Below, one piece after another: positions 54,901 to 64,000 of a DNA stretch of 64,000 nucleotides (positions are counted from its first letter, which is position 1; every line of letters begins with the position of its first letter). Source of the stretch: Paragordius varius (Eukaryota > Animalia > Nematomorpha); the NCBI GenBank assembly GCA_964247055.1, contig OZ176050.1, positions 248,001 to 312,000 on the forward strand, in the 5' to 3' direction. The notes below the pieces were generated by a model. It saw only the letters and a list, made by a program, of their open reading frames with translations. It made no database searches and had not been told where the DNA came from. A program made the translations under genes and the position numbers.

Positions 54901-57900
54901 ATGGCTCCCTAAAATCCAAATTTGATCAGGTGATGTCGCCATAATTTTTTTGGGTAGCTCTATAGTAGTTCCATCATCACCCCAAATATTTTTGAGATCG
55001 AAGTATAAATGTAATTTTTATGAATTTTTTAAATATTTAAAAAATTTATTTTATACGATTTTAATAATAAAAATGGCTACCTAAAATCCAAATTTGATCA
55101 GGTGATGTCGCCATAATTTTTTTTGGGTAGCCCTATAGTAGTTCCATCATCACCCCAAATATTTTTGAGATCGGAGTATAAATGTAATTTTTATGAATTT
55201 TTTAAATATTTAAAAAATTTATTTTATACGATTTTAAAAATAAAAATGGCTACCTAAAATCCAAATTTGATCAGGTGATGTCGCCATAATTTTTTTTGGG
55301 TAGTCCTATGGTAGTTCCATCATCACCCCAAATATTTTGGGGATCGGACTATAAATGTAATTTTTATGAATTTTTTAAATATTTAAAAAATTTATTTTAT
55401 ACGATTTTAAAAATAAAAATGGCTACCTAAAATCCAAATTTGATCAGGTGATGTCGCCATAATTTTTTTTGAGTAGCTCTATGGTAGTTCCATCATCACC
55501 CCGAATACTTTGGGGATCGGACTATAAATGTAATTTTTATGAATTTTTTAAATATTTAAAAAATTTATTTTATACGATTTTAAAAATAAAAATGGCTACC
55601 TAAAATCCAAATTTGATCAGGTGATGTCGCCATAATTTTTTTGGGTAGCTCTATAGTAGTTCCATCATCACCCCAAATATTTTTGAGATCGAAGTATAAA
55701 TGTAATTTTTATGAATTTTTTAAATATTTAAAAAATTTATTTTATACGATTTTAAAAATAAAAATGCCTACCTAAAATCCAAATTTGATCAGGTGATGTC
55801 GCCATAATTTTTTTTGGGTAGCCCTATCGTAGTTCCATCATCACCCCGAATACTTTGGGGATCGGACTATAAATGTAATTTTTATGAATTTTTTAAATAT
55901 TTAAAAAATTTATTTTATACGATTTTAAAAATAAAAATGGCTACCTAAAATCCAAATTTGATCAGGTGATGTCGCCATAATTTTTTTTGGGTAGCCCTAT
56001 GGTAGTTCCATCATCACCCCTAATATTTTGGGGATCGGACTATAAATGTAATTTTTATGAATTTTTTAAATATTTAAAAAATTTATTTTATACGATTTTA
56101 AAAATAAAAATGGCTACCTAAAATCCAAAAATGATCAGGTGATGTCGCCATAATTTTTTTTGGGTAGCCCTATGGTAGTTCCATCATAACCCCAAATATT
56201 TTTGAGATCGGACTTTAAATGTAATTTTTATGAATTTTTTAAATATTTAAAAAATTTATTTTATACGATTTTAAAAATAAAAATGGCTACCTAAAATCCA
56301 AATTTGATCAGGTGATGTCGCCATAATTTTTTTTGGGTAGCCCTATGGTAGTTCCATCATCACCCCAAATATTTTCGAGATCGGACTATAAATGTAATTT
56401 TTATGAATTTTTTAAATATTTAAAAAATTTATTTTATACGATTTTAAAAATAAAAATGGCTACCTAAAATCCAAATTTGATCAGGTGATGTCCCCATAAT
56501 TTTTTTTGGGTAGCCCTATGGTAGTTCCATCATCACCCCAAATATTGTCGAGATCGGAGTATAAATGTAATTTTTTTGAATTTTTTAAATATTTAAAAAA
56601 TTTATTTTATACGATTTTAAAAATAAAAATGGCTACCTAAAATCCAAATTTGATCAGGTGATGTCGCCATAATTTTTTTTGGGTAGCCCTATGGTAGTTC
56701 CATCATCACCCCAAATATTTTCGAGATCGGACTATGAATGTAATTTTTATGAATTTTTTAAATATTTAAAAAATTTATTTTATACGATTTTAAAAATAAA
56801 AATGGCTACCTAAAATCCAAATTTGATCAGGTGATGTCGACATAATTTTTTTTGCGTAGCCCTATGGTAGTTCCATCATCACCCCTAATATTTTGGGGAT
56901 CGGACTATAAATGTAATTTTTATGAATTTTTTAAATATTTAAAAAATTTATTTTATACGATTTTAAAAATAAAAATGCCTACCTAAAATCCAAATTTGAT
57001 CAGGTGATGTCGCCATAATTTTTTTTGGGTAGCCCTATCGTAGTTCCATCATCACCCCGAATACTTTGGGGATCGGACTATAAATGTTATTTTTATGAAT
57101 TTTTTAAATATTTAAAAAATTTATTTTATATTTTAAAAATAAAAATGGCTACCTAAAATCCAAATTTGATCAGGTGATGTCGCCATAATTTTTTTTGGGT
57201 AGCCCTATGGTAGTTCCATCATCACCCCTAATATTTTGGGGATCGGACTATAAATGTAATTTTTATGAATTTTTTAAATATTTAAAAAATTTATTTTATA
57301 CGATTTTAAAAATAAAAATGGCTACCTAAAATCCAAAAATGATCAGGTGATGTCGCCATAATTTTTTTTGGGTAGCCCTATGGCAGTTCCATCATAACCC
57401 CAAATATTTTTGAGATCGGACTTTAAATGTAATTTTTATGAATTTTTTAAATATTTAAAAAATTTATTTTATACGATTTTAAAAATAAAAATGGCTACCT
57501 AAAATCCAAATTTGATCAGGTGATGTCGCCATAATTTTTTTTGGGTAGCCCTATGGTAGTTCCATCATAACCCCAAATATTTTTGAGATCCGACTTTAAA
57601 TGTAATTTTTATGAATTTTTTAAATATTTAAAAAATTTATTTTATATGATTTTAAAAATAAAAATGGCTACCTAAAATCCAAATTTGATCAGGTGATGTC
57701 GCCATAATTTTTTTTGGGTAGCCCTATAGTAGTTCCATCATCACCCCAAATATTTTTGAGATCGGAGTATAAATGTAATTTTTATGAATTTTTTAAATAT
57801 TTAAAAAATTTATTTTATACGATTTTAAAAATAAAAATGGCTACCTAAAATCCAAATTTGATCAGGTGATGTCGCCATAATTTTTTTTGGGTAGCCCTAT

Positions 57901-59443
57901 AGTAGTTCCATCATCACCCCAAATATTTTCGAGATCGGAGTATAAATGTAATTTTTATGAATTTTTTAAATATTTAAAAAATTTATTTTATACGATTTTA
58001 AAAATAAAAATGGCTCCCTAAAATCCAAATTTGATCATGTGATGTCGCCATAATTTTTTTGGGTAGCTCTATAGTAGTTCCATCATCACCCCAAATATTT
58101 TTGAGATCGAAGTATAAATGTAATTTTTATGAATTTTTTAAATATTTAAAAAATTTATTTTATACGATTTTAAAAATAAAAATGGCTACCTAAAATCCAA
58201 ATTTGATCAGGTGATGTCGCCATAATTTTTTTTGGGTAGCCCTATAGTAGTTCCATCATCACCCCAAATATTTTTGAGATCGGAGTATAAATGTAATTTT
58301 TATGAATTTTTTAAATATTTAAAAAATTTATTTTATACGATTTTAAAAATAAAAATGGCTACCTAAAATCCAAATTTGATCACGTGATGTCGCCATAATT
58401 TTTTTTGGGTAGTCCTATGGTAGTTCCATCATCACCCCAAATATTTTGGGGATCGGACTATAAATGTAATTTTTATGAATTTTTTAAATATTTAAAAAAT
58501 TTATTTTATACGATTTTAAAAATAAAAATGGCTACCTAAAATCCAAATTTGATCAGGTGATGTCGCCATAATTTTTTTTGAGTAGCTCTATGGTAGTTCC
58601 ATCATCACCCCGAATACTTTGGGGATCGGACTATAAATGTAATTTTTATGAATTTTTTAAATATTTAAAAAATTTATTTTATACGATTTTAAAAATAAAA
58701 ATGGCTACCTAAAATCCAAATTTGATCAGGTGATGTCGCCATAATTTTTTTGGGTAGCTCTATAGTAGTTCCATCATCACCCCAAATATTTTTGAGATCG
58801 AAGTATAAATGTAATTTTTATGAATTTTTTAAATATTTAAAAAATTTATTTTATACGATTTTAAAAATAAAAATGCCTACCTAAAATCCAAATTTGATCA
58901 GGTGATGTCGCCATAACTTTTTTTGGGTAGCCCTATCGTAGTTCCATCATCACCCCGAATACTTTGGGGATCGGACTATAAATGTAATTTTTATGAATTT
59001 TTTAAATATTTAAAAAATTTATTTTATACGATTTTAAAAATAAAAATGGCTACCTAAAATCCAAATTTGATCAGGTGATGTCGCCATAATTTTTTTTGGG
59101 TAGCCCTATGGTAGTTCCATCATCACCCCTAATATTTTGGGGATCGGACTATAAATGTAATTTTTATGAATTTTTTAAATATTTAAAAAATTTATTTTAT
59201 ACGATTTTAAAAATAAAAATGGCTACCTAAAATCCAAAAATGATCAGGTGATGTCGCCATAATTTTTTTTGGGTAGCCCTATGGTAGTTCCATCATAACC
59301 CCAAATATTTTTGAGATCGGACTTTAAATGTAATTTTTATGAATTTTTTAAATATTTAAAAAATTTATTTTATACGATTTTAAAAATAAAAATGGCTACC
59401 TAAAATCCAAATTTGATCAGGTGATATCGCCATAATTTTTTTT
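48907..59443 (+). repeat. 26-monomer higher-order repeat (about 4490 bp), two full copies (48907-53396, 53397-57888) plus a partial third offset by 18 monomers
   Basis: Offsets of 4490-4491 for ggcag 49783/54273 and 52891/57382, ctatgaatg 52241/56732, the cga deletion 52638/57129, SalI 52345/56836 and ggctccc 50411/54901. ggctccc recurs at 58010 (offset 3109). Confidence 0.93.
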
Positions 59444-62400
59444 GGGTAGCCCTATAGTAGTTCCATCATCACCCCAAATATTTTTGAGATCGGAGTATAA
59501 ATGTAATTTTTATGAATTTTTTAAATATTTAAAAAATTTATTTTATACGATTTTAAAAATAAAAATGGCCACCTAAAATCCAAATTTGATCAGGTGATGT
59601 CGCCATAATTTTTTTTGGGTAGTCCTATGGTAGTTCCATCATCACCCCAAATATTTTGGGGATCGGACTATAAATGTAATTTTTATGAATTTTTTAAATA
59701 TTTAAAAAATTTATTTTATACGATTTTAAAAATAAAAATGGCTACCTAAAATCCAAATTTGATCAGGTGATGTCCCCATAATTTTTTTTGGGTAGCCCTA
59801 TGGTAGTTCCATCATCACCCCAAATATTGTCGAGATCGGAGTATAAATGTAATTTTTTTGAATTTTTTAAATATTTAAAAAATTTATTTTATACGATTTT
59901 AAAAATAAAAATGGCTACCTAAAATCCAAATTTGATCAGGTGATGTCGCCATAATTTTTTTTGGGTAGCCCTATGGTAGTTCCATCATCACCCCTAATAT
60001 TTTGGGGATCGGACTATAAATGTAATTTTTATGAATTTTTTAAATATTTAAAAAATTTATTTTATACGATTTTAAAAATAAAAATGGCTACCTAAAATCC
60101 AAAAATGATCAGGTGATGTCGCCATAATTTTTTTTGGGTAGCCCTATGGTAGTTCTATCATCACCCCGAATACTTTGGGGATCGGACTATAAATGTAATT
60201 TTTATGAATTTTTTAAATATTTAAAAAATTTATTTTATACGATTTTAAAAATAAAAATGGCTACTTAAATCCAAATTTGATCAGGTGATGTCGCCATAAT
60301 TTTTTTTGGGTAGCCCTATGGTAGTTCCATCATAACCCCAAATATTTTTGAGATCGGACTTTAAATGTAATTTTTATGAATTTTTTAAATATTTAAAAAA
60401 TTTATTTTATACGATTTTAAAAATAAAAATGGCTACCTAAAATCCAAATTTGATCAGGTGATGTCGCCATAATTTTTTTTGGGTAGCCCTATAGTAGTTC
60501 CATCATCACCCCAAATATTTTTGAGATCGGAGTATAAATGTAATTTTTATGAATTTTTTAAATATTTAAAAAATTTATTTTATACGATTTTAAAAATAAA
60601 AATGGCTACCTAAAATCCAAATTTGATCAGGTGATGTCGCCATAATTTTTTTTGGGTAGTCCTATGGTAGTTCCATCATCACCCCAAATATTTTGGGGAT
60701 CGGACTATAAATGTAATTTTTATGAATTTTTTAAATATTTAAAAAATTTATTTTATACGATTTTAAAAATAAAAATGGCTACCTAAAATCCAAATTTGAT
60801 CAGGTGATGTCCCCATAATTTTTTTTGGGTAGCCCTATGGTAGTTCCATCATCACCCCAAATATTGTCGAGATCGGAGTATAAATGTAATTTTTTTGAAT
60901 TTTTTAAATATTTAAAAAATTTATTTTATACGATTTTAAAAATAAAAATGGCTACCTAAAATCCAAATTTGATCAGGTGATGTCGCCATAATTTTTTTTG
61001 GGTAGCCCTATGGTAGTTTCATCATCACCCCTAATATTTTGGGGATCGGACTATAAATGTAATTTTTATGAATTTTTTAAATATTTAAAAAATTTATTTT
61101 ATACGATTTTAAAAATAAAAATGGCTACCTAAAATCCAAAAATGATCAGGTGATGTCGCCATAATTTTTTTTGGGTAGCCCTATGGTAGTTCCATCATAA
61201 CCCCAAATATTTTTGAGATCGGACTTTAAATGTAATTTTTATGAATTTTTTAAATATTTAAAAAATTTATTTTATACGATTTTAAAAAACAAAATGGCTA
61301 CCTAAAATCCAAATTTGATCAGGTGATGTCGCCATAATTTTTTTTGGGTAGCCCTATGGTAGTTCCATCATCACCCCAAATATTTTCGAGATCGGAGTAT
61401 AAATGTAATTTTTATGAATTTTTTAAATATTTAAAAAATTTATTTTTTACGATTTTAAAAATAAAAATGGCTACCTAAAATCCAAATTTGATCAGGTGAT
61501 GTCCCCATAATTTTTTTTGGGTAGCCCTATGGTAGTTCCATCATCACCCCAAATATTGTCGAGATCGGAGTATAAATGTAATTTTTTTGAATTTTTTAAA
61601 TATTTAAAAAATTTATTTTATACGATTTTAAAAATAAAAATGGCTACCTAAAATCCAAATTTGATCAGGTGATGTCGCCATAATTTTTTTTGGGTAGCCC
61701 TATGGTAGTTCCATCATCACCCCAAATATTTTCGAGATCGGACTATAAATGTAATTTTTATGAATTTTTTAAATATTTAAAAAATTTATTTTATACGATT
61801 TTAAAAATAAAAATGGCTACCTAAAATCCAAATTTGATCAGGTGATGTCCCCATAATTTTTTTTGGGTAGCCCTATAGTAGTTCCATCATCACCCCAAAT
61901 ATTTTTGAGATCGGAGTATAAATGTAATTTTTATGAATTTTTTAAATATTTAAAAAATTTATTTTATACGATTTTAAAAATAAAAATGGCTACCTAAAAT
62001 CCAAATTTGATCAGGTGATGTCGCCATAATTTTTTTTGGGTAGTCCTATGGTAGTTCCATCATCACCCCAAATATTTTGGGGATCGGACTATAAATGTAA
62101 TTTTTATGAATTTTTTAAATATTTAAAAAATTTATTTTATACGATTTTAAAAATAAAAATGGCTACCTAAAATCCAAATTTGATCAGGTGATGTCCCCAT
62201 AATTTTTTTTGGGTAGCCCTATGGTAGTTCCATCATCACCCCAAATATTGTCGAGATCGGAGTATAAATGTAATTTTTTTGAATTTTTTAAATATTTAAA
62301 AAATTTATTTTATACGATTTTAAAAATAAAAATGGCTACCTAAAATCCAAATTTGATCAGGTGATGTCGCCATAATTTTTTTTGGGTAGCCCTATGGTAG

Positions 62401-63364
62401 TTTCATCATCACCCCTAATATTTTGGGGATCGGACTATAAATGTAATTTTTATGAATTTTTTAAATATTTAAAAAATTTATTTTATACGATTTTAAAAAT
62501 AAAAATGGCTACCTAAAATCCAAAAATGATCAGGTGATGTCGCCATAATTTTTTTTGGGTAGCCCTATGGTAGTTCTATCATCACCCCGAATACTTTGGG
62601 GATCGGACTATAAATGTAATTTTTATGAATTTTTTAAATATTTAAAAAATTTATTTTATACGATTTTAAAAATAAAAATGGCTACTTAAATCCAAATTTG
62701 ATCAGGTGATGTCGCCATAATTTTTTTTGGGTAGCCCTATGGTAGTTCCATCATAACCCCAAATATTTTTGAGATCGGACTTTAAATGTAATTTTTATGA
62801 ATTTTTTAAATATTTAAAAAATTTATTTTATACGATTTTAAAAAACAAAATGGCTACCTAAAATTCAAATTTGATCAGGTGATGTCGCCATAATTTTTTT
62901 TGGGTAGCCCTATGGTAGTTCCATCATCACTTAAAAAATTTATTTTTTACGATTTTAAAAATAAAAATGGCTACCTAAAATCCAAATTTGATCAGGTGAT
63001 GTCCCCATAATTTTTTTTGGGTAGCCCTATGGTAGTTCCATCATCACCCCAAATATTGTCGAGATCGGAGTATAAATGTAATTTTTTTGAATTTTTTAAA
63101 TATTTAAAAAATTTATTTTATACGATTTTAAAAATAAAAATGGCTACCTAAAATCCAAATTTGATCAGGTGATGTCGCCATAATTTTTTTTGGGTAGCCC
63201 TATGGTAGTTCCATCATCACCCCAAATATTTTCGAGATCGGACTATAAATGTAATTTTTATGAATTTTTTAAATATTTAAAAAATTTATTTTATACGATT
63301 TTAAAAATAAAAATGGCTACCTAAAATCCAAATTTGATCAGGTGATGTCCCCATAATTTTTTTT
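59444..63364 (+). repeat. Three mosaic copies of a 5-6-monomer module (starts 59444, 60481, 61865)
   Basis: The order tatag/tttttgaga, gtagtcc, tcccc/ttgtc, ccctaat, aaaaatgatc repeats. Private markers pair at offsets 2421 (ttctatc, ctacttaa), 1384 (gtttc) and 1556 (aaaac). Confidence 0.82.
62902..63018 (+). repeat. Truncated 117-bp monomer with a 56-bp internal deletion
   Basis: The junction ccatcatcac|ttaaaaaatt is at 62930/62931. The paralogous monomer at 61346 is intact. Confidence 0.9.
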
Positions 63365-64000
63365 GGGTAGCCCTATGGTAGTTCCATCATCACCCCAAAT
63401 ATTGTCGAGATCGGAGTATAAATGTAATTTTTTTGAATTTTTTAAATATTTAAAAAATTTATTTTATACGATTTTAAAAATAAAAATGGCTACCTAAAAT
63501 CCAAATTTGATCAGGTGATGTCGCCATAATTTTTTTTGGGTAGCCCTATGGTAGTTCCATCATCACCCCAAATATTTTGGGGATCGGACTATAAATGTAA
63601 TTTTTAGGAATTTTTTAAATATTTAAAAAATTTATTTTATACGATTTTAAAAATAAAAATGGCTACCTAAAATCCAAATTTGATCAGGTGATGTCACTAT
63701 AATTTTTTTGGGTAGCCCTATGGTAGTTCCATCATCACCCCAAATATTTTCGAGATCGGAGTATAAATGTAATTTTTAGGAATTTTTTAAATATTTAAAA
63801 AATTTATTTTATACGATTTTAAAAATAAAAATGGCTACCTAAAATCCAAATTTGATCAGGTGATGTCACTATAATTTTTTTGGGTAGCCCTATGGTAGTT
63901 CCATCATCACCCCAAATATTTTCGAGATCGGAGTATAAATGTAATTTTTATGAATTTTTTAAATATTTAAAAAATTTATTTTATACGATTTTAAAAATAA

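Larger units (their letters stand above)
1..64000 (+). repeat. Tandem satellite DNA array, 172-173-bp AT-rich monomer, about 370 head-to-tail copies, extending past both window ends
   Basis: The unit gggtagccctatggtagttccatcatcaccccaaatatttt(c/g)g(a/g)gatcgga(g/c)tataaatgtaatttttatgaattttttaaatatttaaaaaatttattttatacgattttaaaaataaaaatggctacctaaaatccaaatttgatcaggtgatgtc(a/g)ccataattttttt(t) recurs continuously. Starts fall at 5, 177, 350, 523, 695 and so on, up to 63883. No unique sequence or strand switch was seen. Confidence 0.99.

Noticed and set aside
1-64000. CRISPR array
   Set aside because: There are no unique spacers. The entire 172-bp unit is repeated, and there are no cas genes or leader.
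1-64000. Transposon, MITE or Helitron origin of the monomer, or insertions in the array
   Set aside because: No terminal inverted repeats with target-site duplications, no Helitron termini and no non-satellite sequence are present in the window. An origin from a mobile element cannot be assessed without the array flanks.

Overview
The whole 64-kb window is one uninterrupted head-to-tail satellite DNA array of about 370 monomers, all in the same orientation. Monomers are 172-173 bp (the 1-bp difference is a T7/T8 tract) and about 26% GC; monomer 5-176 has 45 G/C in 172 bp. I found no credible gene, RNA gene, transposon, CRISPR array or inversion. The single 67-aa ORF is a chance read-through created by two satellite variants. 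The organism cannot be identified from sequence alone, although the pattern is typical of eukaryotic (peri)centromeric or heterochromatic satellite. Three kinds of structure stand out. (1) Each monomer is bipartite, with a 71-bp 94%-AT block that contains a perfect 24-bp palindrome, and most multi-base deletions in the array fall on or touch that palindrome. (2) The array is a patchwork of local higher-order repeats (4-, 5-, 9-, 10-, 13-, 15-, 18- and 26-monomer units), some nested or mosaic, which I read by eye from diagnostic variants. (3) Variant composition turns over along the array, and rare haplotypes are shared across 27-36 kb. I do not see evidence of a new protein-coding system. All counts and offsets are manual, not from an alignment program.
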